From the NCBI RefSeq assembly GCF_006345805.1, contig NC_043001.1:25730001-25794000 (forward strand): a stretch of 64,000 bases of DNA, read 5' to 3'. This document shows positions 22,536-36,900 of the stretch, in pieces. The position numbers were made by a program, and so were the translations under genes. Below the pieces are notes generated by a model that searched no databases, was not told the DNA's origin, and saw only the letters and a program-made list of their open reading frames with translations. Each line of letters begins with the position of its first letter. The first letter of the stretch is position 1. Source of the DNA: Octopus sinensis. Its lineage: Eukaryota.

Positions 22536-24866
22536 TAACAATAATAAGCCTCTCTCTCAACTACTGTATTTCACCCGAAGTGCTACTTTCTTCATCACTT
22601 TCAACAGTTTGATTGTCTGAATTACTCTCATTGTCTGTGTAAGGGTAAACTCTTTGTCCAAAGATTAAATATTATCAGTAAGTTCTTCAATTGTAGTCTA
22701 GGTATTGCTCGCTTACCTAGTGAAGTGCTGGGTTCATCACAAGCTTGTATCATTGCAAAAGATCTGGGGGGTTTTTTTGTTTTTCCTTTCAGTTAAAAAA
22801 AGTAAACGACCGCTATAGGGAGCACCATTAACAATGGATCATAAACACACAACTACAAAGCTGTTACAACATAACCAGTTGTCTATTTTTCATATTTTAT
22901 CTTTTTCTATGTGTGTTGTCTATTACTGCTCTAATGGAAGTCCAGTAGAGATAACATTTAGATATTTCCCGCTATACTAGAAACATGGTACAATAGGGTT
23001 AAAATTTGTTGTAATTAAGCCTGTTTGTTTCAATATGCATCTGAATGTAATTTAATAGTGAACTATGTAAATGAAAGGCAAATCCATAGTATCATTTATT
23101 GGAGAAAAAGAAATCCTGAACACCACAAATCCTAGAAAGCACCAAACCATCATCATCATCTTATAACATCCATTTTCCATGCTGGCATGGGTTGGCAGGT
23201 TTGACCAGAGCTAGCACGGAGAGCTGCACCAGGTTACAGCTTGATTTGGCTTGGTTTCTACAGCTGGATGCCCTTCCTAATGCCAACCACTTTGCCGTGT
23301 GCTGGGTGCTTTAAACATGGCACTGGCACAAGCACTCTTACATGGTGCCAGCATGAGTGCTCTACATAGTAGTAGTAGCAAAGGACTCTTGTAGGCCACT
23401 CCTCTTCAGGAAGAGTGGCATTAACACTTCTGCTGTGGAAGACAGGTCTTCTTGAATACAGCAAAGCACCAGATATCTTGGTCCTTTGTCATTTTAAACT
23501 ATATAAAAATACTATATAACAATCAAGTTATTTTATTTCGTTTTTGGATTTGGTTTGCAAGATTCTTTATATGAGTTCGTGTGTTGAAGCATATTCTGTT
23601 GTGTCTGGGGAGAGTCATTTTCTTTTTGTGCATTATTATGTAACACACTCTCTGATAAAAATAAGAAAGAAAGTTTAAAATAGTGGAAATTTTACCAGTA
23701 AGTGTGTTACATAATAAGGCACAAAAAGAAAATGACTCTCCCCAGACACAACAGAATCAAGTTATTGTAAGAATCTAATCATGATTTAAGTGAAGGATCT
23801 GGATTACTGACCATATATTTAAGAGATAAAAACTTGCAACAGCCACTTCCCCAGCAGAGAGGTATTGCCATGAAATTGATAAAATGTAATGAAAACTGCA
23901 ATGTGTATGTTCAGCATTGGTCAGTTGAAAAGGACCAGTTCTCTATTGTGTCTCTCAAATGAAATAGATTATGAAATTCTACTTTACACAGCTTATGTGA
24001 ATAACGTTTTATCTAGAAACTCAATAATTTCCTGTAAAACAAGACCAACAAAAATCAAGTAAGCAACTTAAAATACCCTCAAAGAATTCCACCAGTTTCA
24101 AAACTCCACAATTTAACACAACTGGATTAGTTTGACTTGTTTCTTGTTTGGAAAAATGCCTAGAATTTACTAGTTATTATTTAAATTAATACCTTTCTAT
24201 CATAGGCACGAAGCCTAAAATTTTGTGGGAGAGGATTAGTCAATTACATCAACTCTTGTGCTTAACTGGTACTTATTTTATTAATCCTGATAGGATGAAA
24301 GGCAAAGTCAACCTTAGTGACATTTGAACTCAGAACATAAAGACAGACAAAACACCACTAAGCATTTTGTCTGGTGTGCTAATGATTTTGCCAACTTGTC
24401 ACCTCAATGGCCGGTTTAAATACTAAAGGGTTAATTAATAAAATTTATACTGAGCAGATTAAAAACAGTCATTATTTTCGTATCAACCTGGTAATTTCTT
24501 CATAAAAGTTCTTAGTTGTTATTTGGTTGAAAGAAGAATTAAGAGCAAAACTGAGTCAGCATTTATTTTTCATTTTACTAACAGTTCAAATTACAACATT
24601 TACATAAGCTTCATTTTTATACAGATGTAATGAATACAAAGATTATTTTCCCAAATTCATTTCAGTTTTTCTTTATTAGTTCATTTTGATGTTGAGAACC
24701 AATTAGAATTTCTTTCAGAATGAATTTGGATTGGAAAAGTTAACAACATAAAGAACACTAAGGTGTGTTCTTTCATAGAATATTTTAATAAATAAATAAA
24801 AAATTAATAATGAAATTTTCTTAATAAAATCCAATGAATTTTTTTTTTTCCTTTTTTCCTTATAGT

Positions 24867-24942
24867 TTATGCCATCATATATTCTTGTTTGAATGTTGGG
24901 GCAATTGGATTGAAGTCTCTTCTCTTTGAAAATGAGTTATAT
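24867..24942 (-). CDS. PEX1: PEX1 terminal exon
   Basis: Strong pyrimidine acceptor, phase 2 fits, [25 protein letters not shown] then TAA. Confidence 0.8.
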
Positions 24943-27900
24943 CTAAAAAGAAAGAAGAAAAAATGAAGAGATAAAAAACTGAAAAAATTTAAATCAAAAT
25001 AATAATAGGAGAAGTTCCAGGTGTGGAAGGAGGGTTTAGAATCGAGGGGCCTTAGAGTCAACCTAGCTAAAACCAAAGTACTAATAAGTAGAAAGGTAGA
25101 AAACCCACAAATATCATCAGGAAGATGGCCCTGCTCGATCTGTAGAAAAGGTGTAGGTAGAAACTCTATAAGATGTACCCAGTGTAAGCTATGGACACAT
25201 AAGAGGTGCAGCAATGTCAAAGGTAGGCTAACTGGGAAGATAGTTTTTGTATGTGGCAGGTGCTCTGGAGCACTGACCTCCGAAAATCTGCAGAAAACAA
25301 CTTCTGTCACTTTCCGGGGGGAACAACTAGAAGTAGTTGATAGTTTCCGCTATCTAGGTGACCAAGTCAGTAGTGGGGGTGGGTGCGCTGAAAGTGTAAC
25401 TGCTAGAATAAGAATAGCCTGGGCAAAGTTTAGGGAGCTCTTACCTCTGCTGGTGACTAAAGGCCTCTCGCTCAGAGTAAAAGGCAGACTGTATGATGCA
25501 TGTGTACGAACAGCTATGCTACATGGCAGTGAAACATGGGCCGTGACAGCTGAGGACATGCGTAAGCTCGTGAGGAACGAAGCCAGTATGCTCCGATGGA
25601 TGTGTAATGTCAGTGTACTTACTCGACAGAGCGTTAGTACCTTGAGAGAAATGTTGTACCTAAGAAGCATCAGTTGTTGTGTGCAAGAGAGACGATTGCG
25701 CTGGTATGGTCATGTGGCGAGAATGGATGAAGAGAGGTGTGTGAGAAAGTGCCAATCCCTAGCAGTTGAGGGAACCCGTGGAAGAGGTAGACCCAGGAAA
25801 ACCTGGGACGAGGTGGTGAAGCACGACCTTCGGACGTTAGGTCTCACCATGGAAATGACTAGAGACCGAGACCTATGGAAGTATGCTGTGCGTGAGAAGA
25901 CCCGGCAAGACTAGTGAAGCCATAATCCGTGGCCCCTACCTGGGACGTAGTCAGTCCACCTGTGCATACCTTCCTTCTTGTGACACTTGTGAAGACCTGT
26001 TGAGGCAAGTGAGAATCGAATCGTATCAAATCAAATCGAACCAAATCAATATAGATGAACATCAATGGAATTTGTATCCTTGTGGTACCAGTGCCGGTGG
26101 CACATAAGAAAACCATCCGAACGTGACCGTAGCCAGTACTGCAATGACTGGCCTCCGTGCTGAGGGCACGTAACAAACACCATCCGAGCGTGGCCGTCCG
26201 CCAGCCTCGTCTAGCACCTGTGTCGGTGACACATAAGAAAACACCATCCGAGCGTGGCCGTCTGCCAGCCTCGTCTGGCACCTGTGTCGGTGGCACATAA
26301 AAAACACCATCCGAGCGTGGCCGTCTGCCAGCCTCGTCTGGCACCTGTGTCGGTGGCACATAAAAAAAACACCATCCGAGCGTGGTCGTCTGCCAGCCTC
26401 GTCTGGCACCTGTGTCGGTGGCACATAAAAAACACCATCCGAGCGTGGCCGTCTGCCAGCCTCGTCTGGCACCTGTGTCGGTGGCACATAAAATCACCCA
26501 CTACACTCTCGGAGTGGTTGGCGTTAGGAAGGGCATCCAGCTGTAGAAACACTGCCACATCTGACTGGCCTGGTGCAGCCTTCGGGCTTCCCAGACCCCA
26601 GTTGAACCGTCCAACCCATGCTAGCATGGAAAGCGGACGTTAAACGATGATGATGATGATGATGATCATCATCAATATCATCATTATTTAATATCTGTTT
26701 TCCTGGCTTGTAAGCCAGAGAGCTGCACAAGGATCCACCGTCTGCATGGTTTCTTCAGCTGGATGCTCTCCCTAATGTCAACCACTTTACAGAGTGTAAT
26801 GGGTGCTTATTATGTGGCACCAGAACCAGTAGTCATCAATTAACTTGCAAGACAAAGACCCCCTTGGTTAGGAGAAGGATTGGTACCAAGGGAAGTGACT
26901 TTGTACCAGTTGAGTATAATAGAGGGATAGAGAGAGGTGTCTTACTATAGAGGAGATGCTTGGCTACCAAAGTAGGAAAGATAGAAAGACAGTGAGAGAG
27001 AAGCAGATGGTGTTGGAGGCGGTGCATTGGGACTTACCCACAAGGTGTAGTGTGTGGGGAACAGAAGTGGTATTGAGGGGATAGAGGGTGTTTCATGACA
27101 GTGTGAAGGGAGATGTTTGGAGATGGGGAAGGTGACTGTAACAAGTGATGGTAAGAGAAATTGGGGAGGTGGGATGTAGTAGATATGTGAATGCATGGAG
27201 AGTGTGCAGGCAGGCATGTAATGGAGAATATAGGGGCCATCAGCAGATTGTAATCATGGGTAGTGGGAAGATGGATTGCAGAGGAAATTTGACAGGGGAC
27301 AGATTTTGTGTGAGTGTGTGTGGGACATGGCTGTAAAGGACATGCTTATATATATTGCCACAACTCTACTTAGTTTGATGTGTCTTTGCAACCAAAGCAA
27401 ATTGCCAGAAATCATGATTCCTTTTTGATCTTTGTGAGATTCAATTTTTGGTTTAAGACGAGTGAAAATTAAGATGTTTTCACTCAACAAAAAACATTTG
27501 AGCGAGGTCATTGCCAGTGCCACTAGACTGGCTCCTGTGCAGGTGTAACATAAAAAACACCATTTGAGCATGGCTATTGCTAGTACTGCCTGACTGGCCC
27601 TTGTGCTGGTGGCACATAAAAGCACCCTCTACACTCTCAGAGTGGTTGGCGTTAGGAAGGGCATCCAGCTGTAGAAACTCTGCCAGATCAAGATTGAAGC
27701 CTGGTGCAGCCATCTGGTTTGCCAGTCCTCAGTCAAATCGTCCAACCCATGCTAGCATGGAAAGCTGACGTTAAACTTTTGAAAGCCATGGTTTAACAAT
27801 ACTTTCAAGCTGTATTTTGCTTACCTTTTCTTTAGAGGTGACTTTATATAAAACTCTAAATTAATTTGTTACCTACTCTAGTTATCTCTCTTCCAATGGA

Positions 27901-30900
27901 GTCATCTTGCTTTTGTGCATCAACCAATGCCACCCTAACATAACTTCCTCAGCTCCTTTGTTCTCAAATTTCTAATACATAATAGGAACAGGCATAGATA
28001 TGTGGTGAAGAAGCTTGCTTTCTAACCATAAGGTCTCAGGTTCAATCCCACTGTGTGCCACCTATAGGTACAGGCATAGCTGTGTGAGGTTGCTTCTTAA
28101 TCATACGGTCTTAGGTTCAGTTCCATTGCACAGCACCCCAAGCAAATGTCTTCTACTACAGCTCTAGGTTAACCAAATCCTCGTGAGTGGATTTGGTAGA
28201 GGGAAACTGGAAGAAGCTTGTATATGTGTGTGTGTGTTCACTTGTCTTGACATCATGTGATGGCATCATAAAAGTGATGTTGTTTGGTTCCAGTCTTCTG
28301 TGAAAAACATGTCTGGACATGAAGAAATATTACCTTAGCTATAAACAGGTTAGGATTGGCAACAAGAAAGCCATCCAGTCATAGAAAATCTGCCTTAGCA
28401 AATTCCATCTATTCCATGCAAGCATGGAATAGAAGGCATTGAATGGAGATGACCCTATAGATCATATTTAACTAATTTTTCTCATGTTGCAGATTTCAGA
28501 TTCTTGATTCCACCTCACTACTGACTGACTCAAAGTCTTCATAATACATTCTTAGTTTATGCTATTACTTATTTACCAACATGATGAACTAAATGTTCTT
28601 TGGTAGCTGAACGTCTTACATTAAGTCATCACAACAATTTAGCATTAGTGCAGTTTGTGGTGAATCACAGTCTCAATGTTTGTGCATTTACTAATAATTC
28701 CACTGAATAAATTGATTTTGTTTAGCAGGGACAAGCTCAATATATAAAGATGGGAGAAAGTTATAATTGTTAGACTGAATACCAGATTAATATAAGTATT
28801 CTTAATATTGCTCTCTTGTTACAAATTGAAATCAAATTTGATGACTGGCATCCATGCTAGTGGAGCGCTAAGAGCACCATCCGAGCGTGATCGTTGCCAG
28901 AGTGGCTAACTGGTTTCTGTGCCGGTGGCACGTAAAAAGCACCATTTGAGTGTGATCATTACCAGCGTTGCCTTACTGGCACGTGAAAAAACATTTGAGC
29001 GAGGTTGTTGCCAGTGTCACTGGACTGGCTCCTGTGCAGGTGGCACATAAAAAACACCATTTGAGCATGGCCGTTGACAGTACTGCCTGACTGGCCCTCG
29101 TGCCGGTGGCACATAAAAGCACCCACTACACTCTCGGAGTGATTGGTATTAGGAAGGGCATCCAGCTGTAGAAACTCTGCCAGATCAAGATTGGAGCCTG
29201 GTGCAGCCATCTGGTTTGCTAGTCCTCAGTCAAATTGTCCAACTCATGCCAGCATGGAAAGCCGACATTAAACGATGATAATGATGTTACTAACCTCTGC
29301 AAGGGTAGGAAGAATAGTTGATTGTATTGGCTGTGTATATTCTTTGATCGGACTTGATGGGATAAAAGGCAAAAATAAACTCTAGTGGGATTTAAACTTA
29401 CAATATAGAAGAATAAAAATAAATCTTCTAGTAACTTGGTGGCATGTGAGCCAACGGGGGTGGGTAGCTTTACATAGTCAGTTGATTCATTAGAAATAAC
29501 AGCCAAATGTCTTTCAAAAACGAATATTGCCATTTTAAAAGTATACATTTACTATGTGCAAGTACTAGTGAAAAGAGTCAGCTTGATAAAGAAAGTTCAA
29601 CAGATTTATTGTATGTGTTTAGAGTGAAAGTGAACACAAAGCAGGTGTTGAATGTAATAACTTAGTCTGTAAAAGTGAGCTGGGATATATATATATACAA
29701 TAACCAATATTTTGGATATCCAGTGATGCTAACACTGTCTTGTAATAAGTTTATCTTGCAAGTTCACAATCCACATTTAACTATTTTTGGGTCACTCTGA
29801 AAAGCTCTATCTGCGACGATTTCATCTCAATCGAAGGAGAGGGGCTTTCTCCGTCCGGGTTGCGGTTCTGTGGAATAAGCTGCCGGACAAGATAGTGAAG
29901 ATGCCGACGACCGCTCGGTTCAAAGTCTCCCTTGACCACAAGTGGCCTGAACTCTTTACATGAACACCACCCTGTACATAACTCCATGTCCCCTTACATG
30001 GCCTTGCTTTTTGCTTTTTGAGCCAAAAAATTAACTAACTAACTAACTATTTATTCTCATTAGATTTTGTTAAACTTTAAATAAATCATTATTTTAACAA
30101 CAGAAATTGTTCACAAAGATATTTATACAGAATTACATCGTTATATTATTTTAATGACAAAATAGATCTTTTAAGGATTTGGAAAAGAAAAATGCTTTCA
30201 TTACTTACATCGTTTCATATTTGCAGCGTTCCTTAGTTGATACAGATGGCTTCATCTTCTGATATGCTTTATTAATGTGTTCATGTTTAACAATTATAGT
30301 CTCTTCTTTTTCAGATGGCGGCATTATAGATTCTCGTCTATTTTTTACTCTTCTCTTCTTTCTAATCACCTAAGATAGAATATTAAAGCATATAGTAACA
30401 CTAAGTAAAGGGAAAAATATTTTCATGTTTCTACAAATGGTATCAGCACCCACTATTGACTTGTTATTATAATGTTTCAAGCTGATATGAGATAAATCTG
30501 CCTCTGGATAAGATGCTAGTCTACAACTATTTACTTCCCCAGAAAGACTTTGTAATTTATTACTCATTGATAGATTAAGTGAGTTTGCATAAAATTAAGT
30601 GTCCTACCTAAAACCAGAGCAAATGTACATGCAATGAATTCGATCTTACAACCCGTACATACAGTTTACAGATAAAAAAAAATGGTAATATTGTACAATG
30701 CTGGTGAAAATAAGACTTAATTTCAGAGCATTTTATATCATTTAAATTCAACAATAGAGAAACTATTTGTGTACAAAACACATATGGATTGTATATGCTC
30801 ACACACATGCACAAATGACAACTGTTCCATTCTTTCTCTCTCTCACACAAACATGTACACACAACAGACAGGTATTCCATTCTTTCCCTCTCACACACTT

Positions 30901-33900
30901 TCATTCTATACTCTTTACTCTAACTCTCTTTTACTTGTTTCAGTCATATGACTGTGGCCATGCTGGAGCACCACCTTTAGTCAAGCAAATCAACCCAGGA
31001 CTTATTCTTTGTAAGCCTAGTACTTATTCTATTGGTCTCTTTTGCTGAACCGCTAAGTTATGGGGACGTAAACACACCAGCATCGGTTGTCAAGTGATGT
31101 TGGGGGGAACAACCACAGACACACAAACATACACACATATATATATCTCTTTTACTCTTTTACTTGTTTCAGTCGTTTGACTGTGGCCATGCTGGAGCAC
31201 CACCTTTAATCGAGCAACTCGACCCCGGGACTTATTCTTTGTAAGCCCAGTACTTATTCTATCGGTCTCTTTTGCCGAACCACTAAGTGACGGGGACATA
31301 AACACACCAGCATCGGTTGTCAAGCAATGCTAGGGGGACAAACACAGACACACACACATATAAATATATATATACATACATACGACGGGCTTCTTTCAGT
31401 TTCCGTCTACCAAATCCACTCACATGGCTTTGGTCGGCCCGAGGCTATAGTAGAAGACACTTACCCAAGGTGCCACGCAGTGGGACTGAACCCGAAACCA
31501 TGTGGTTGGTAAACAAGCTACTTACCACACGGCCAACTCCTGCGCCTATATATACACACACATATATATGACAAGCTTCTTTCAGTTTTCGTCTACCAAA
31601 TCCACTCATAAGGCTTTGGTCGGCCCAAGGTGCCATGCAGTGGGACTGAATCCAGAACCATGTGGTTCATAAGCAAGCTACTTACCACACAGCCACTCCT
31701 ATGCCTATATATTGACAAATATTCAGATTCTTCATAATGTAGCCATGTATACACGATGTTTTATCGACACTATTGCAGTCATGCACATATTCTATATCAA
31801 CAAATACTGTAGCCCCATTGTCACCACAACTAGTTTTTACTGTAGCAGAGGAATACATATTCTTCTATATAAATAAAAGTGAAATTCTGTCTGTCTGGGA
31901 CCCTGGTATCTCAGTCTACATTTGCTCTACATAGACATATTATACTGGAATCAATGTGATCCTGATATTAAATCAGGCCTTCATTTGGTTCTTGAACATC
32001 CAGCATTGGGATTTGATGTAAGAGCATTTGGACTGCTATGTCTAGCAGGTAAAGTGATTGTGAGAGGTTTCAAACGGTTTACAAGAGTTACTTCCCTTAG
32101 CTATAAAACAAATGATCATGACATTCTGTGTCAGAACACTGACCAAAGCTTTTTGAATTTAATACCAAAACTTTGTAACAGTTTCCTCTGTTACCTACAA
32201 TAATAAACACAACATTCTGTCTGTCAACCAAGAGTGTTCATCCTGCTGTTTTACAGTGATCTCCGAATGTCACAGTGATACAAAATTCTCCAAATGTGAT
32301 ACACTGTGGTATAAATCTGAGATGGTAGGATACCAATTAATGATTTATCATTACTACTCTTTTCAGTTTTGAGCCGAAGGCCCAATTAGCCCCCTGCAAG
32401 AGCTATCTTAAAAGTCTGCATGGAGTGTAGCTTTTTAGCTAGTCATCGATATTATTGCAATCACAAACAATTCATAAAAGTTACCTGTACAAATAGATTT
32501 TTGTGATACTTGTTGATATCCTTCATCTAGCATTACAGATGTCACTAATTTAATTTTCCTATGATGCAGCTGCGTGGAGGTGCAATGGCCCAGTGGTTAG
32601 GGCAATGGACTCATGGTCGGAGGATCGAGGTTTCAATTCCCAGACCAGGTGTTGTCTGTATTTATTGAGCAAAAACACCTAAAGCTCCACGAAGCTCTGG
32701 CAAGGGGTGGTGGCGACCCCTGTTGTACACTTTCGCTCCAACTTTCTCACACTCTTTCTTCCTGTTTCTTGAGTAACGCTGCGATGGACTGGCGTCCCGT
32801 CCAGCTGGGGGCAACCCATACGCCACAGAAACTGGGAAACCGGGCCCACAAAAGGGCAAGAAGAAGAAGCTGATGCAACTGCACACAAAGACATACAATG
32901 GTTATGTAACTTCAGTATTATGGAGACCCTTGTGTATGAATTCGTTGCCTTAAGTGCTCTTCTTTCATTATTTTTCCTTTATTTACTACAGTCATTGGAC
33001 TGTAGCCATGTTGGGGTACCACCTTGAAGGGTTTTTGTTTGAACAAATCGAACCCAGTACTTATTTTTTAAGTCTGGTATTTATTCTATTTGCCTCTTTT
33101 GACGAATCGCCAAGTTATGGGGATGTAAACAAACCAACACTGGTTGTCAAGCAATGAGGGATGCACATACATGAACACACACACACACACACAAAGGGCT
33201 TACACATTGTCTACTAAATTCACTCACAAGGCACTGGTTGGCCTGGTGCCAAAGTAGAAAACACTTGCCCACTCATGGTGCTTGAACCCAAAACCATGTG
33301 CTTGCAAAATAAATTTCTTAACCACACAGCCATACCCGCACCAAGTTAAATAGCCTTAAATCATCTATGAAAGAGAGAGGAAGGTGTTCTAACATGGTAC
33401 TTACTTCTTTCTCTACTTTCTCCTCAAGCTGTGGGGAAGGTTCAGTGCACCCCGTCTCCAGATTTGGAATGTAAATGAGATTCATTTTGGCTAAATTCTT
33501 TTTGTCACCACTCCAGCTGCGTGCTCGGGTAAAAAATTCATTCATTTTTTGGTTATCATCCTGTGGCTTATTCTTTGGTTTTTCCATCGATTCATGAATA
33601 GCCACAAGCTGTGCATTGTACAACAATGCCTTTAGATCAGCTCCAGTGAAATGCTGGCAAATATCAGCAAAAAAATCCAATTTTACATCTGGAGCTAAAT
33701 GCATCTTTGAGGTAAGCACTTTCAAAATAGATAGGCGGTCATCCTGAATAAGAAGTAAATAACAGAGAAATACATTAAATATTTAAAGAAACCCCAGAAA
33801 AGTTTATATGTCTGCTATTTTTTTACTACTAAATTTTGTAAGAATATTAAATTTCAAAACATAAAATGGTTACACAATAAAGAAAATATTTGCAGCATTT

Positions 33901-36900
33901 ATAACAAATAACATAAAGCAATATAAAAAAAAATGCTGAGAGCTATTCAAAGTAAGCTGATGCCTTTATCGTTAACTATTGGTATCATATTTTGGCACAA
34001 GGCTTGAAATTTTATGTGAGGGAGTAAATCAGTTACATTGACTCCAGTGCTTGACTTGAAATGATGAAAGGTGAAGTCAACCTTGGTGAAATTTGTACTC
34101 ACAATGTAAAGACAAGCAAAATGCTGTTGAGTGTTTTGTCAAATTGCTAGCTTGCTGGACAAAATGCTAAGTGACATTTCTCTTGTCTTTACATTCTGAA
34201 TTCAAATTCTGCCAAGGTCGACTTTGCCTTTCACCTTTTGGGGGTCAATAAAATAAGTACCAATTGAGCACTGGGGGTAATACAATCGACTAGCCCCCTT
34301 CCACAAAATTTCAGGCTGTGTACCTATAATAGAAAGATTATTATCATCATTATTATTATTTATCAGTAAAATCTTGAACTGCTCACAATTTCTAGCAATT
34401 ATATCATACTTAATGATATTCTTTAGAAATTCCCCCAATACATTCTATAAATACATTGAAAAATCTTATTTGCATATCCAGGATTGACACCGGCCATTCC
34501 AATGTTGCACATGTAAATAGAATATCCAGGTATGAACATCTGGTCATGTGTGGCAACCCTATGATCATCATCAAATGGTTGCTCTGACTCACCATTACCA
34601 CTAATGGGAATTTATCTGTTTCCCGTGGGACACACTTCTTCAGGGTTGTTACTATCAATGATGGTACAACAAAAAGGTAGTTCCAGAGCAATTTTGGAGA
34701 AGCTTGAGTAGAGGCAAGTAGATGTGTGTTGCATATAAGTGGTAAAGTGGAGAGGAGTCTCAACCAGACATATGATGGGCAAGGAATACAGGTACAAATT
34801 AGAATGGGCAACAATGCAAAGGTGGGTTACATGGGCATATAGTTGGTGGAGAAATGGATAAAGTTATTGGGGCAACCAGAATATGTGACAAAATTATTAA
34901 GCTAAGTCACATCCAATGTAACAGTAATGGTGACCTCTGCATATGCACTATAATCAGGACAGAGTTGTGCAAAAAAAACAATTTTATAAGTCCTCTTGTT
35001 GATTGCAGAAGACAGTGAACTCATTATCATGGCTTGTGATTTCAATGGACATATTGGGCAACAATCTGATGGTTACTTCAGCATATAAGGGAGCTGTGAA
35101 TATGGTACAAGAAATAAAGAGGGATCAAAGTTCTTGGATTTCTGTAACTTAAACGACTTTATTTATGACATTATAACTTCAGGGGATAGGCTAGGTATCC
35201 ATCAATCAAGTGAACATAGAAGTCCTTTAGACATTTTACTCATCAAGAAAAGGGTTGTTAATATTAAATCCTTCCTTGGTGAAAATTGTACCACTTAACA
35301 TAGATTACTGATCAGTGACATTAGGATAAGAGCTAGCCAGATTAATAAACACAAGAAAATCTGAAGTAAGGTTTGGAAACTGAAAGGCCTAGGTTATACA
35401 TTGGCTCAATGAAGTACAAAGTGATAATCATGCAAAGAAGGACTCAGAGACTTTTAGCAAAGGGGACAAGTTGGATCTGCTGCAAGCCATGAACCAGATA
35501 TGTGGATGGAATGGGGTTCTAGTTAAATGGAAGGTGACGTGCTGATGAATTGGTAGATAAAAGCTAAGAAACAAGCCAAGAAATTCTGGGGAGAAGAAAA
35601 AAAAAAGCTGGGAGCATGAAACACTTCCAGATAGAGGTCAGGTAAATATAGCAAGAGGTGAGGCTGAAAGTAAGAGGTTCGCCACTGTTTAACAATGAGA
35701 AGGTCAAAATAATGTGTTTCAGATTGCAAGGTAGTGTTCAGTTCAAATCAAGAGGGAAGAGCGAGTATAAAATCAAGAAATTTAAATATTATTTAGCTTG
35801 TTTCCTGACTCATCTAGGAGGACAGTTATTCCATATATGAACTGGTTGGGAAGTGGATGTAAAATGAGGATGATGGTGATTGATTAAGAAATATAAAAAA
35901 GAGAAAAATGTCAATAACCTTGCTTGGTATATCACAGGACAAGCATTTGTCAAAACGGCCTGGACGAAGCAAGGCAGGATCAATGAGATCTGGTCGACTT
36001 GTTGCACCAATCACAAAAACACCTGAAAAAGTGTAAAACAAGTAAATAAATACTTAAGAATATTTTTAGAAAAGCAATCAAAATTATTATTCGTCCATAC
36101 TTATAACATTTATTGGTTTTGAAAGTTTAAATAAAAAAGACAAGATATCAATTTCACAATTATTTTGCTCTTTTCTTACTTTTAAAATATTTTAGTTTGG
36201 AGAGAAGGCAGTGTCTGAGATTAGGGAGAAAGAAGGAAGAAGATATTCTCAAATTGAAAACTTAGCTCAAATGCTAACACCAAAGTGAACTCTGCTAAAG
36301 AAACACAGGGTGTCAGGTGGTGGTCTTAAATTGGATTATGAGTTAAGTCTACCATCCAGATAGGTTGTAGCAAGATTTGAACTCAGAATGCAAAGAGCTG
36401 GAATAAATACTGCAAGGCATCCAGTTCAAAATTCTTAAAGTTTCACCAATCCACTGCCTTAGAAAGGTAAATTTATTAATAGAACCCATCCTCCCCAAAA
36501 AAGGATGAAAGGTAAAGTTGACCTCAAAAATTTCAAACTTTACCTACTATAGAGACACAGACATTAACAATTATTAACGTTTTTATGTAATCTAATTAAA
36601 AATTTCACATATATTTCTGTTAATATAATGCATTATAGATGCAAAAGTAAGCATAGTTATTGAAGTTTTAAGTAAAGCACTAGTTAGATATCTTGAATCA
36701 ATAATTATGTAAAGAGGTTCTTGAATTCAACATGATCTTAAAATTTTAATGAAGAATTATAAACAAAGCTGAATGAAGAAAATGACACACCCTCAAGACA
36801 TTCCACTCCATCCAGTTGAGTTAGTAGTTGGTTTACTACACGATCAGTAGTGCCTGTACTATCATTGCCACGCCTACAATGAGAAAAATAAAAGTTAGTT

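Noticed and set aside
25859-26643. Repetitive ORFs and a superficially CRISPR-like array
   Set aside because: Units are contiguous with no unique spacers, lie in a LINE 3' UTR, and there are no cas genes in this eukaryotic context
28490-28555. Possible alternative PEX1 last exon (MYYEDFES...)
   Set aside because: Purine-rich acceptor and no similarity to PEX1; 24867-24942 fits better
30370-30567. 65-aa ORF abutting PEX1 exon 19
   Set aside because: No compatible acceptor; it is intronic, and the real exon starts at 30369
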